A stretch of DNA of 64,000 nucleotides, taken from positions 1,364,001-1,428,000 of the forward strand of contig JBNJNM010000010.1 of NCBI GenBank assembly GCA_052426225.1, given 5' to 3'. This document shows positions 1-11,571 of this stretch, one piece after another. The stretch's first letter is position 1, and the number at the start of each line of letters is the position of its first letter. A program made the translations under genes and the position numbers. This DNA is from Zancudomyces culisetae HAW-14-8. Its lineage: Eukaryota; Fungi; Kickxellomycota. The notes under the pieces are model-generated. The model was not told the DNA's origin and ran no database searches. It was given only the letters and a program-made list of their open reading frames with translations.

Positions 1-1402
1 TTTGGCCAAATATACACTTCCTGATGCACCCTGACCTATTTTCTTTACTTTGGAATATAGACTTTTAGGATCTTCTTTGGATACTAGTTCTGCCAATTTT
101 TCCATAATCTGTGCCTCTCCAAGCAAGGACAGTCTAGTTTGCTGCTGCTGCTGCTGCTGCTGCTGTTGTTGTTGTTGTTGTGGCTTTTGCTGTTGTTTCT
201 GCTCAGTCTTTTTTGCACTAATTTTTGCCTTTTCTATCTTATCTACAAGTAAATCAAATGCCTCCTTTTTCTTGGTGACAAAAGTATTGTTTTCTGGCTT
301 CTTGGGAACGCTGGGTTTTCTTGGAAGTTCATTTCCCATCTGCGGCGGAGATCTGGCTCCCTCGCCCTTAACTATATCTTGTTTTACTTTTTCTATTCTC
401 TTGTCAACTTCGCTTTTTATATCGCCAGGAATCGGTGATGATGACTGCAGGCTTTGTTGTTTTTGGAATTGTTGGAATTTTCGCAGTTGTTCAAGCTGTT
501 GTTTCGCCTTCCTCATCTCTAGCTCGTTTGCACCGTTATCGTTTTTACTCGTTGTGTCTATGGCTGCACTTCCATTTGTTTTCCCGCTGGTAGTTACATT
601 TTGTTTCTCGGCTTCTGGTTGGAAAATATCCTCGTATCTCCCTTCCTTTATAACTTCGTTGTTTTTAGTATAAAATTCAAGAACGTCCAGCACTGCTTGT
701 GGGTCATGCTCATAATCCTGCTTAGTAATGTTCGATGTTTGTAGTAGTTGCTTCCATTGATTAGGCAATCCCTATTATGTTTTGAAACAGTATATTTATA
801 ATTATAAATGTTTTGTGTTTTATTGTCTGTTTGTATACAAAATATATTAAAAAAAGTTCTGAAGTACTTACAGTAAACGCTCCACTTTCGGGGTCAAAGT
901 CTACATGTACCTTGTGGTAAAAGTTTGACGGTGTAGACACATTTGTCAAGGCTGGGCTGTTCTAAGAACCACAAGAATTTTACAACACATTACTTTTTTA
1001 TTATCTTTTTTTTTACTACTGAATTATTTGTTTCTGTTCAAAAGTCCTACTCGTACCACTTGGTGCTGCCTGTCCTTGAAAATAAATAGAAGAAAAAAGT
1101 AATAAACATAGAATATTACAAATACCTACCTCATATATTGCATCCAACCACGAATATAAATCATTGTCGTTTTTGCATTGCAAATAGTATATTCTATCCT
1201 TCGACTCGATTTCAATACAATACGTCTTTAATTCGGATCGTTTTACGCCTAAAATATCCTTCAGATATATCAAAAGCGCAATTTGTGCCGAGAACTCACT
1301 TTTGTAAAAGGAAAGCGTGTGCGTTCGTAGCGTACCCCACCGTTTTGCCCAAGACCACGTTTCCTTGAGGTGTATTTCGCCTGATTTTATTATTGTTGAC
1401 AT
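1..1402 (-). CDS. CLA4: PAK/STE20-family kinase with PH and CRIB domains (Cla4-like), 5' part; truncated by the window edge. Exons 1402-1130, 961-872, 771-<1
   Basis: PH domain (WAKRWGTLR...SWLDAIYE), CRIB ([23 protein letters not shown]|[10 protein letters not shown]...[11 protein letters not shown]), polyQ linker, and kinase Gly-loop [14 protein letters not shown] at the edge. The GT-AG introns join the exons in frame. Confidence 0.93.
140..181. repeat. (TGC)n/(TGT)n trinucleotide repeat encoding polyQ in CLA4
   Basis: Seen directly; reads CAA/CAG on the coding (-) strand. Confidence 0.95.
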
Positions 1403-1627
1403 TTTATATTTATGTTTGCTGTACTCTACACATGTGGTATTATCTAGTTGTTTATTATCCTCTCTGTATGTTTTATTTTTCTCTTTGTCGCTCTTTCTCT
1501 CGTTTACTCTTGTTTAGTCGGAATATTCAAGTCCAAAGGGTTTTCGCTTAGCCTTTTTTCGTTTCGTTTTGTTTCGCTTCGTTTTGTTTCGTACCGCTTT
1601 AAATGCGTATTTACCTTTTGTTCTTTT

Positions 1628-1795
1628 CCTTTTCCTTTTCCTTTTCCTTTTCCTTTTCCTTTTCCTTTTCCTTTTCCTTTTCCTTTTCCTTTTCCTTTTC
1701 CTTTTCCTTTTCCTTTTCCTTTTCCTTTTCCTTTTCCTTTTCCTTTTCCTTTTCCTTTTCCTTTTCCTTTTCCTTTTCCTTGTCCTTGTCCTTGT
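1628..1795. repeat. Hexamer microsatellite (CCTTTT)x25 followed by (CCTTGT)x3, upstream of CLA4
   Basis: Counted directly from the sequence. Confidence 0.98.
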
Positions 1796-4700
1796 CTTTA
1801 TATTTGTATTTGTTTAGTCACTGTGATATAATCCTACCCAAACGGCTTATATCTGCTGTTGGTGTTGTTGCTGTTGGATTTTTTTTTATGAAAGGATTAC
1901 AAATTTGGTTTATTTAACAGCTCTCCCGCCCCACCTTGGTGTATTTTACGTAGTTTTTTGGTTTTAAAGACACTTGTTTTAGTTTATTCTAATTTAGTTT
2001 GGTTCTGTACTAGTTATTTATATTTACTCATTGAAATGCCTCTCGCCTGCCTCTAAGAAGTCTCTTGCTTTTGCTGTTTATATTTTATTTGCTGTAAAAG
2101 CTAGTTAGTCTAAACTTGGGTTGGTAGAATGCTATGTTTTAAATCCATACTTTACCATTCATTTTTATTTTATTTTTTTACTTAATTTCACGTTTATTTT
2201 ATTTCATTTTATTTCACTCTAATTATATTTTTTTTGTATACAAGCACTAGACAATTTTATCCGCAAAAATTAAGGTGATGACTAGGATATTTTGCGTGGG
2301 TATTTTTAGTAGTGATTCAAATCTAATAGGGTTCTGAGTAACTTGCAAACTATTTATTTCCTGCCGAATTAGTAATATGTTTATGTGGTGACATTTGGCT
2401 GCTAAATTGTAAATCTATTGAACAATGTTCGGCTCCTCACGATCCCTCCTCCTTCTCCCTCTTTCTCTCTTTCTCTCTTTCTCTCTTTCTCTCTCCCATC
2501 CCACCTTCCTTTTTCCAATTTCTGGAAAGACTTCAAAGTCAAAATTAGAAAACAAGAAAAAAAAAAGCTTGGTGCCATAGCCGACAATAGCAATTCACAA
2601 TAATTATAATCAACGCGAATTGGATAAGCCGCGAGGAAACAAAGTTAAGAAATAATAAAGATAAGGAAAAAACCCCCCACCCTCCCCCCCTCCACATTTT
2701 ATAAAAAGTGAGTTAATATAGTCAGATATTGTACAGTTAGTAGTTAATAAGTTAAAGATTATGTAGGTATATAGTTAGTTAAGAAAAGAAATTGAAAAGA
2801 AATTAAAAAAATAGATACATTTAAAAGCCGCAACACGAATTAGTAACGTTAGTGTATTTTATTTTATTTTTTGGTTTCATAATTTTTCCTTGTTCTCCAA
2901 AAAAATAATAGTATCACCAATTTATAAATTTATGGATTTATAAATTTTGACTTTTTATGACCAGTTTGTAGAGATATACTGGACATAAAAACAATAATAC
3001 ACTTATTGTCAATCTTCAATGTTGTCCTTTACCAGATTTTACAAAATAAAAACACTCACAGAAAAAATATATAAAAAATAAAAGTCTTACCAATATATCC
3101 CAATTTGGCCTTAATTTATTCCACCATATTTGTACATGTTGTTTAGTGTGATTATTCTTTTTTGTTTTGCTCCAAAAGTTAGTAATAAAAAAAAGAAATG
3201 AATATGAATATGATATTAACAACACTATAGCCAATTTATATCCTCTTCCTTCCTATCCATATGAATGGGAAATTGACATACTTGTGATTTACATATTGAT
3301 TTTCTTCTCCACTTCCTATCACCCACTGCCTACCCCTGCTCCATCTCCCCCTTTTTTTATTGTAAGTTACATTCATAGTTTAAGAACAGCATGGTTTTTA
3401 CATTTGTATTTTATCAATGGTATCTTTTTACTCTCTTACTCCCCCTTTTTTTTTTGTAAACACAGAACGAGAAACGATTTTCCTCCATTACATTGGGCCT
3501 GTATACTTTTATCTGATCTCCCCAGCATTTCGGTCTGAGTAGAAAGTGAAAAGAATAGAAAAGTGATTATTCCTCCAGTTGACCTTCTTTTTCTCCCTTG
3601 TTTGCTAACATTAAATACTCAATGATCTCTAGTTTCTAGATTAAGTATGTCGATGAATAAATGAATGAATGAATGAGTGAGTAAAAAGTAAAAACAAATA
3701 GATATCGCTTTGCGGTGCTAGTAGTACTACGATTCATTATGGAATCAGTAAATAAAAAATAGTAATAATAATATAATACATGTACTTACAAGTATGATTT
3801 GATATCTTGACGCAATATACTTGGATCTATAATTTACAACACAAGTCGACATTTTGTTAAACACACCCCCACCCCCTCCCCTCCCGTTTTATTTTTATAT
3901 AGTTCAGATTTGGAGTGAATGGATAAACACTTGTATAATGCTGTTATCTTGGTGGACAATAAATGAGAGGTGAGAGAGGTAAAGTTTGGGTTGATAATTA
4001 GGAAAGACGAATACCCATCAGTTGATAAGCATAAACTTCAGCTATTTAAAACAGTTGAGAATATACAAAACCAAACTACAAGAGAAAAGAAAAAAAGGGC
4101 ATACAAAACTTGTTTTAATGGCCTTATAAAAAGATATTCACTATATTTCTCCGTTCTTTTTTTTTTTGCTGAAAAAAAAGGTCTTGGAAAGAGTCAGAGT
4201 AACGTAAATGAAGAGAAAAAGCATTTAAAAATATTTTGCCCCAAGTATACATTGAAGAAAGCGATGGCGGGGAGGAGGGGGGGAGGGGGGGAGGTATTGG
4301 TAATTGATGAGTTTATCTACGTGAATAAGGTTGCTAAGTCTGTTAGACGTACCCCTCCCGTTCTCCTCCCCCCCTTCTTCCTTATTTTCTTGCCACAGCT
4401 AGGTTTCAAGCACTTTTTTTCCACAATCTAATAATTTTATAAGGATATGGTGATTGGGATCAAACCTCAGTATTATTAGCAGGTTTGTAAAAGTAAAAGC
4501 TGTCAAATATTGTACACATACCAAAAATAAATGTTATATATCATGATACCAACGACAGTTATCCCAAATTGAAAAAAATAAATAAACGTATATACTTTTG
4601 TATATTTAACTTGGGATGGGTGGTTGGTAGGTTGGTAGGTTGGTGGTTGATGGTTAGTAGGGGGGGAGGGAGGGAGGAAATTTTATTTTTTAATAATATT

Positions 4701-5715
4701 CAAGTCTGTTACTTTTACTATGTCATTAACTGCGAATTTAAAGTGCAAGGTTTTTTTATTTTACAAATTTTTATTTTTAATTTGGAGGTAATTTTAGTAA
4801 AGTAAAAACGCTAATTGTAAAAGTTGAAGTTTACCTAAAACCCTTCAGCAATGACAAAATTGGAAAAAAAAAAGAAAAAAAGAAAGGATTGCAAGAGTAT
4901 AAGAACGGCATGGATATATTTGAATGATAAAAGTAGATGACATAAAATTATACTACTTGAATGATAATTGATGAAAAACTAAAAATGCAAGGAATAATTT
5001 TTTTTACTATCAATGCGTTGATTAATTGGATAGTCTAAATAGTACGCAAAAAAAAAAAGTGCCTAGAATAATTAGTGGATTTTGAATTTTTTTATCACAT
5101 TAAAAACTAATTGAATAACAGGAAAAGTTGACAAAAAATAAAATAAATAAAAGTAAAAATAAAAATAAAAATAAACGAGGGAGGAAAAAAAAAGGGGGAG
5201 GGAATTGAATAATGATGAAAAAATGAATTATTCAGCTAGATTTTTATTTTTTACTTTTTATATTTTTTTTTAAATGGCAGCTAAATGTACTAAACATGTG
5301 CTGGAATATAGTTTCAAAAGCAAAATAAAAAACAACGGGTTGTCTAGATAAAAAGATTCCTTATTGTACTATACTAATACAAAAAATATAATAGAAAGAA
5401 ACGAATTCATTTGATTAATTACAAGTTTTTCTTTTTATTTTTCTACATGAAAGTTTTAGATCAAACAAAATTTTGGAAAAAGTACTACCAAACGATAAAC
5501 AAAAACGAAAACAAAGACCTGCAAATATTTGTATAATACAAAGTGATCTGAATAAAAGACAGAGATCAAAAGAGAGAGAGAGAGAGAAAAAAAAAGGAAC
5601 GACATAGATTCGAATAGGCAAAAGATAATTTGGATTTAGAATTCTGAACACGAAAACATTTCCGTGTAAAAGTTAAAGCAAACAAAAAAATAAAAAAATA
5701 GTAATAATAACAAAA

Positions 5716-6738
5716 ATGTCGCTAGGAACGCCAAAGGAGTGGTTAGAAACAGTACAGAATTGTAAATGTTTGACCGAAAAGCAAATGAAGAAACTATGCG
5801 ATATGGTGAAGGAATTGTTGATGGAGGAATCCAATGTACAACCAGTATCTTCACCAGTAACGGTATGTGGAGATATTCACGGACAGTTCTACGATCTATT
5901 GAAATTGTTCAGAGTTGGAGGGCAGATCGAACAAACTAGCTATATATTTATGGGAGATTTTGTAGATCGTGGGTATTATAGTTTGGAAACGTTTACGCTG
6001 CTAATGTGTCTCAAGCTAATGTATCCAGACAGAATAACATTGCTAAGAGGGAACCACGAAAGTCGGCAGATTACACAGGTGTATGGCTTTTATGATGAGG
6101 TACAGGTCAAATATGGAAACGCAAATGTATGGCGATATTGTTGTTCGGTATTTGACTATCTAACCATAGCAGCAGTAATTGATGGGAAAATACTGTGTGT
6201 ACATGGTGGATTATCACCAGACTTGCGAACGCTTGACCAGATCCGAACTATCCAGCGGTGTATAGAGGTGCCGCACGAAGGGCCGTTTTGCGATTTGATG
6301 TGGTCAGATCCTGAGGATATTGATGGATGGGCAGTATCGCCGAGAGGAGCAGGATGGCTGTTTGGTTCAAAAGTAACTGAAGAATTCAACTATGTCAACA
6401 ACCTTTCGTTGATAGCTAGAGCCCATCAGCTGGTGCAGGAAGGGTATCGGTTTATGTTTAGAGCAAGAAACCTTGTGACTGTATGGTCAGCACCAAACTA
6501 TTGTTACCGGTGTGGAAATGTGGCCAGCATTATGCGGGTCGAATCGGGAGGCGCCGATTGTGTCAATGATGATAACTTTCAAATTTTCCAAGCTGTGCCA
6601 GATAAAGAACAGATATTCCCTAATGATGGTAGGATGTTGGGAGGAGCTGCTGGCGGTGCTGGTGGTAGCGACGGATTGAGAGGTGACCCAGGGACAAATG
6701 GTATGATGGCGGGGCCTGGAAAGCACTATTTCATCTAA
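5716..6738 (+). CDS. SIT4: Ser/Thr protein phosphatase 6 catalytic subunit (Sit4/Ppe1), intronless
   Basis: [48 protein letters not shown] and [15 protein letters not shown] motifs, with PP6-type residues. Confidence 0.95.
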   Translation: MSLGTPKEWLETVQNCKCLTEKQMKKLCDMVKELLMEESNVQPVSSPVTVCGDIHGQFYDLLKLFRVGGQIEQTSYIFMGDFVDRGYYSLETFTLLMCLKLMYPDRITLLRGNHESRQITQVYGFYDEVQVKYGNANVWRYCCSVFDYLTIAAVIDGKILCVHGGLSPDLRTLDQIRTIQRCIEVPHEGPFCDLMWSDPEDIDGWAVSPRGAGWLFGSKVTEEFNYVNNLSLIARAHQLVQEGYRFMFRARNLVTVWSAPNYCYRCGNVASIMRVESGGADCVNDDNFQIFQAVPDKEQIFPNDGRMLGGAAGGAGGSDGLRGDPGTNGMMAGPGKHYFI

Positions 6739-6939
6739 TTATCATTTTTATTTTTTAACTTATATATATATTTTTGTTGTTGGTTATATAGATGTATTTC
6801 ATTTCAATTTAATTAGAGTTTATTCATTTAACTAGTCATTTGCTTAAAAAAAATAAATAAAGAAAGGAAAGCAAAAGAAAGGAAACGAAAGGAAAAAGAT
6901 AAAATATATTTACGTAAATAAACATACAGATGTATTGGT

Positions 6940-9900
6940 TTATTCAGAACTGTGTTGTTGAGAGTTTACAAACCCATAGAAAGCACCATTGGGGTCTTCC
7001 AAAAGAGTGGCAGGTTTGTCAAATTCGACAACTTGGCCCTTTGATAATACCAAAATCCGATCGGAATCCATGACTGTGTTTAGACGATGGGCAATAGTGA
7101 TAATTGTGTTTTCTTTAAACTGGGAGCGAATCAAATTCTGGATCAAGTTATCAGTCTCAGGGTCGATGGCGGCAGTAGCTTCGTCCATGACAATGACGCG
7201 GGAGTTCTTGACCAAGGCTCTAGCTAGACACATCAACTGGCGCTGTCCGACACTAAAGTTTGTACCGCCTTGCTGTACAGTTGCATCTAGCTGGCCATCT
7301 AATGACTGAACATACGATTTAAGCCCAGTCAATTCCAATGCACGCCATAAATCGTCGTCGGATCTTGTATTGGTACGTCTGGCAGAGTCGAGGCTACTTG
7401 GAGTTTCGCAGGATGTAGGATCCAAATTAAAGCGCACAGATCCAGAAAAGAGAACAGGATCTTGGGGAATGATGGAGATTCTGGATCTCAAATCGTACAG
7501 TCCAATCTTGGTGATATCCAGGTCATCAATCAGAATCCGACCTTCGAATGGTTCGATGATTCTGAAAAGGCCTAGGGTTAAACTGGTTTTTCCAGCACCT
7601 GTTCGACCCACAACTCCGACTTTTTCGCTGGGGCTGATACCTACATTGATGTTTTTTAATACACGATCAGGTAATTCGGCTCTATATTTGAGACTGTAAT
7701 CAACGAATTCGATTTTTCCTTGGGTTGGCCATTCTGGATCAGGTCGAGCATCATCTATCACATAAGGTGCTTCTGAAGGAAGATGAGAATATTCGTCAAT
7801 GCGTTCCAGAGATACAATGTCAGTTTCGACTTTGCAGTACATTCTGATACACCAATTCAATGACTGGGTGACATTCAAAGCGTACGTCATACACAAACCA
7901 ATGGTTGAGGCAGCTTTGGCTGAATTTGTGCTTTTGCTGAGGAAAAAGACACCTGAGATTGCAATGGCAAAAATCATTAGAGCAGACATCAATTCCAGTC
8001 GCACAGCTATCCATCTGTTAAGGCCTAGATAGGCATAGACAGCCTTCTGGTTGGTATCGATTCTATCCAAATTGTCATACACGAACCATCCGTTTTGTCT
8101 GAATGCACGGATTGTTGAGATCCCATCAATGGTTTCCTGGAATTGTTGATATATTGGCGACCTTGAGACTGAATCCAACCGCTTCAAATCACGGCTTACC
8201 TGCAGGTATATGTTTTGCAGGAATATGTAAACAAAAGAGAGCGGAATAACAATGATAAGGAACAGAGGTAAAGAGAGGGCTATTACAGCCATACTGAAAA
8301 CCATTTGGAACAACACCTGCAACCATGACATAATTGAGCTAGGCAACTCTTCGTCAATAGTGTTTTGGTCTTTACTGAATCTGTTGATTAGTCTTCCAAT
8401 AGGCGTGGTATCAAAGAATGACATTGGACTGTTAAATACGCTAACTAGCATTTTTTCATGACTTATTTTTGCACTGTTAACTGCACATCCTGCCCATAGT
8501 ACGTATGTTCTAACACTTACAAACACCACTGTAAAGACTCCAAATAGTGCATATCCCGTTAGATAATACACATTGTTGTTTCCTCCTGCCCCGCTATCGT
8601 CTGTCCACAGCTTAAGCCAATAATTTCCTCCAACCGTGCCTACAATGTTCAAAACCATTGATACCAAAAATATCAACACCGATACAACTCCACAGGACTT
8701 GATGTATTCCTTGTATATTCTGAACTTGACTTTTCCTGTCTCTGATGTCTCGACTGTCATTAGCTGCCCCAATCCTCCGGTTCCGTCCTCATTCGACTTT
8801 CCAGCTGATGATATAATATTTTTTCTTGAAAGATGTGCTTCAATACTTGCTCTGGGCAGCGATGATGTCGATGATCGTCTCAAATCTGCTCCAACTACTG
8901 TTGTAGTATCCGAAAAATCAACTCCACTACCATTACCATTTTCTACTATATTAACCTGGCTTGCTTGTCTGGAAAGTGCTGATTCTCCAGCGTTGTGCTT
9001 TCCAAATTCTTTCACCAAAGCCCTTAACAATCCATTCTCTCTTTTATTTAGCTCTTCAAACTTTCCTACTTCCGCCAATACTCCATCCTTCAAAAGCGCT
9101 ACAGAATGGCATTGGTGCAAATATGGGATTGCGTTGGTTACTAGCACTCTACATCTTGTTTTCAACATTCCATTTGGTCCCAAAACATTTTCAAATATAT
9201 GCTCTCCTACATGTGCATCTACAGCTGCAAGTGGGTCGTCAAACAAATATATGTCTGCACGTGAGTATACTGCTCTTGCCAGTGAAATTCTCGCCTTTTG
9301 TCCTCCTGATAAATTGATTCCTCGCTCTCCTATCTCTGTAAGATCTCCGTTTGCCATCATCTCCAGATCTGGTTCTAAAGCACATGCCTTGATTGTTTGT
9401 TCATAAAACTTCTTGTCGTATTTGTACCCAAATAAAATGTTTTCTCTCACTGTTGCGTTCATAATCCAAGGCTGTTGTGCTGCATATGCAAGTTTTCCCC
9501 TAGTCGTAACACTCCCATTCTTAACCTGCATCTCTCCCAAGATTGCTGAAATCAACGATGACTTTCCACTACCTACTCGTCCAACCACCGCCATCAACTC
9601 ATCATTTTCCAGCTTCATGCTAACATTCGACAGTATCGCGTTGTTGCTATTGATATCCCAGTAGAAATCTGCTTTTTCAATCTCTACCAAGTTCGTCTTT
9701 GTCTTTGTCTTGGATTTTCCATTTTCTGTTTTCCTGTCATATCCAAACCTGGCGATTCCATCAGTCGCAATTTCCTCACATATCAAATACTCCTTAATCC
9801 GCTCAACTCCCACTGTCGCCTCGGCCAAACTAGTAATCACAGATGGCAACATACTCAATGGGAATCTCAACAAATTAAACAGCGCAAGCGACACAAATAT

Positions 9901-11571
9901 AAGCTCGGCGTTCAGTGGGCCTCTTGACTCGCCATCAAACAGTGCATATGCCGCAAACGTTAGCAATGCCACCAAAAATGGCCCAATCACCACCACAACA
10001 TTAGAGTAACTAAGGTACAACCCAAACAGCTTGAGTGTTGTAATCTCCAGCGTATTTCTCACATGCCTGATCCTGTTCAAAAACTCGTTCTCCCACGCAT
10101 ACAGCTTCAGAATCTTAACTCCACTCAATGACTCCTCAATAAGGTTCATTCGATTGTCTCTATTCTTCATCTTCATCATTTGCACCTTTCGCAGTTTCTT
10201 GGTCATCCATGTGTTTGCTGGAATTGAAAATATCATCACAAGCACACCAACCCATGTGGTCCATCCAAGTACATCAAACAGCAGGTACATCGCCATTGTG
10301 ATCTGTGCTGGTGCTGACCACACTATATGTCCATAATTGCTGCAGTCAGATATCTTTTGTGCATCAATCGACATTCTATTCACTATATACCCTGTAGTAT
10401 ACTTGGAACTCGCACTCAATGACATTTTCATTGTCTTTTTATATATAGCCGTACTTAGCCCTGTTCGCACACCCACTCCTGTCATCATCGCCATACTGAA
10501 ATATTGATGCAGTATAAATGTTTGAACTACTGATGAAACAAGGATCGCCACACATATATATATTCCATATGCAAATGGCTGAGTACTAATTCCATCTTGA
10601 CCATTTTGTGAGTTTACAAAATTAATCAATTTTCTCAACAAAACTGGCTGAACAAATTGCAGAACATCAAATGCTAGCTTCAAAATACCTGCAATTCCAT
10701 ATCCAAACCCGTATGTTTTTAGCAGTGCAATAATCAGATTGTTTCTTCCGGTTCCTCTTTCTTTACTCCAATTCCCCCAAAAGGCATCTGATGTGTTTTT
10801 TGTCTGGTATTCCTGTGGTAATGCATACATGTCATCTTTTTTTAGATCTCTCTTGCTCCCTAGATTTATCAGGGGCCACATCCACGAAAAAGATAGCATT
10901 GTGAAGATATTTGAACTGTCTTCTGGACTTATTTCTGCTTTTTCCTCAGTAACCTCACTTTCATCATCCGATTCTCCCAGATAAAAATGCTGCACGTTTC
11001 TGCCTTTCACAATCTCTTTTCTTAACAATATTCCTGGCACCAATACCTCCAAAATCAATGCAGCTAGTTTTATATATCCAGAGTTGTATCCATCTAGTCT
11101 AAGCGCTGTATGTCCCATGACCAATTTTGCTAGCATGGTTAACAACCAGTAGAATTGTAAAACTTTTGATGAGTACAGACTTCTTGTATCGCTCAAGTGC
11201 TGAAGTCTTACAATAACAACAAGTGTCACTATTTCCACAAGCTGAATAAGTTCCACGGCACCTATAACCTTTTTATTAGACTTTAGCATATACCCTCCCT
11301 TTATTATACTAAGAATCAGCAAAAATGATGCAAGGATTTTTTTTGTGAGAAATGCTTTCGAATTTCTCTGTAGTTGTATTTGCGTCGATTGTCTTCTCAG
11401 CTCCCTTATACTTAGATACCCGATGAAAATAAATATCAGCTGTAGTGGTAATAAGATAGCCAAGTATTCAAAGCACAGTGTAAAGTCGAGGTTTTCATAC
11501 CCACCAAATGGGCCCCACCCTTCCTTGTAGTGGCACTTGGTTACGTCTACACCACCAAAATATTTATCCAT
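6940..11571 (-). CDS. YCF1: ABCC/MRP transporter, Ycf1-like vacuolar glutathione-conjugate/metal pump (TMD0-TMD1-NBD1-TMD2-NBD2)
   Basis: Walker A GRVGSGKS and GRTGAGKT; signatures LSGGQKARISLARAVY and NFSVGQRQL; N-terminal TMD0 (DFTLCFE); LRRSS..PRAS linker. First ATG is at 11571 (the ORF track starts at a TTG). Confidence 0.9.
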   Translation of the reverse strand: MDKYFGGVDVTKCHYKEGWGPFGGYENLDFTLCFEYLAILLPLQLIFIFIGYLSIRELRRQSTQIQLQRNSKAFLTKKILASFLLILSIIKGGYMLKSNKKVIGAVELIQLVEIVTLVVIVRLQHLSDTRSLYSSKVLQFYWLLTMLAKLVMGHTALRLDGYNSGYIKLAALILEVLVPGILLRKEIVKGRNVQHFYLGESDDESEVTEEKAEISPEDSSNIFTMLSFSWMWPLINLGSKRDLKKDDMYALPQEYQTKNTSDAFWGNWSKERGTGRNNLIIALLKTYGFGYGIAGILKLAFDVLQFVQPVLLRKLINFVNSQNGQDGISTQPFAYGIYICVAILVSSVVQTFILHQYFSMAMMTGVGVRTGLSTAIYKKTMKMSLSASSKYTTGYIVNRMSIDAQKISDCSNYGHIVWSAPAQITMAMYLLFDVLGWTTWVGVLVMIFSIPANTWMTKKLRKVQMMKMKNRDNRMNLIEESLSGVKILKLYAWENEFLNRIRHVRNTLEITTLKLFGLYLSYSNVVVVIGPFLVALLTFAAYALFDGESRGPLNAELIFVSLALFNLLRFPLSMLPSVITSLAEATVGVERIKEYLICEEIATDGIARFGYDRKTENGKSKTKTKTNLVEIEKADFYWDINSNNAILSNVSMKLENDELMAVVGRVGSGKSSLISAILGEMQVKNGSVTTRGKLAYAAQQPWIMNATVRENILFGYKYDKKFYEQTIKACALEPDLEMMANGDLTEIGERGINLSGGQKARISLARAVYSRADIYLFDDPLAAVDAHVGEHIFENVLGPNGMLKTRCRVLVTNAIPYLHQCHSVALLKDGVLAEVGKFEELNKRENGLLRALVKEFGKHNAGESALSRQASQVNIVENGNGSGVDFSDTTTVVGADLRRSSTSSLPRASIEAHLSRKNIISSAGKSNEDGTGGLGQLMTVETSETGKVKFRIYKEYIKSCGVVSVLIFLVSMVLNIVGTVGGNYWLKLWTDDSGAGGNNNVYYLTGYALFGVFTVVFVSVRTYVLWAGCAVNSAKISHEKMLVSVFNSPMSFFDTTPIGRLINRFSKDQNTIDEELPSSIMSWLQVLFQMVFSMAVIALSLPLFLIIVIPLSFVYIFLQNIYLQVSRDLKRLDSVSRSPIYQQFQETIDGISTIRAFRQNGWFVYDNLDRIDTNQKAVYAYLGLNRWIAVRLELMSALMIFAIAISGVFFLSKSTNSAKAASTIGLCMTYALNVTQSLNWCIRMYCKVETDIVSLERIDEYSHLPSEAPYVIDDARPDPEWPTQGKIEFVDYSLKYRAELPDRVLKNINVGISPSEKVGVVGRTGAGKTSLTLGLFRIIEPFEGRILIDDLDITKIGLYDLRSRISIIPQDPVLFSGSVRFNLDPTSCETPSSLDSARRTNTRSDDDLWRALELTGLKSYVQSLDGQLDATVQQGGTNFSVGQRQLMCLARALVKNSRVIVMDEATAAIDPETDNLIQNLIRSQFKENTIITIAHRLNTVMDSDRILVLSKGQVVEFDKPATLLEDPNGAFYGFVNSQQHSSE

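Noticed and set aside
50-673. Poly-Cys ORF on the + strand
   Set aside because: It is the antisense shadow of the CLA4 polyQ exon.
1448-1917. ORFs with (FP)n, (FL)n and (FS)n runs
   Set aside because: They are translations of the CCTTTT microsatellite, which has no stops in any frame.
6989-11530. Many + strand ORFs within the ABC transporter
   Set aside because: They are antisense shadows of a long CDS with no independent motifs; the same applies to ORFs opposite the other genes.
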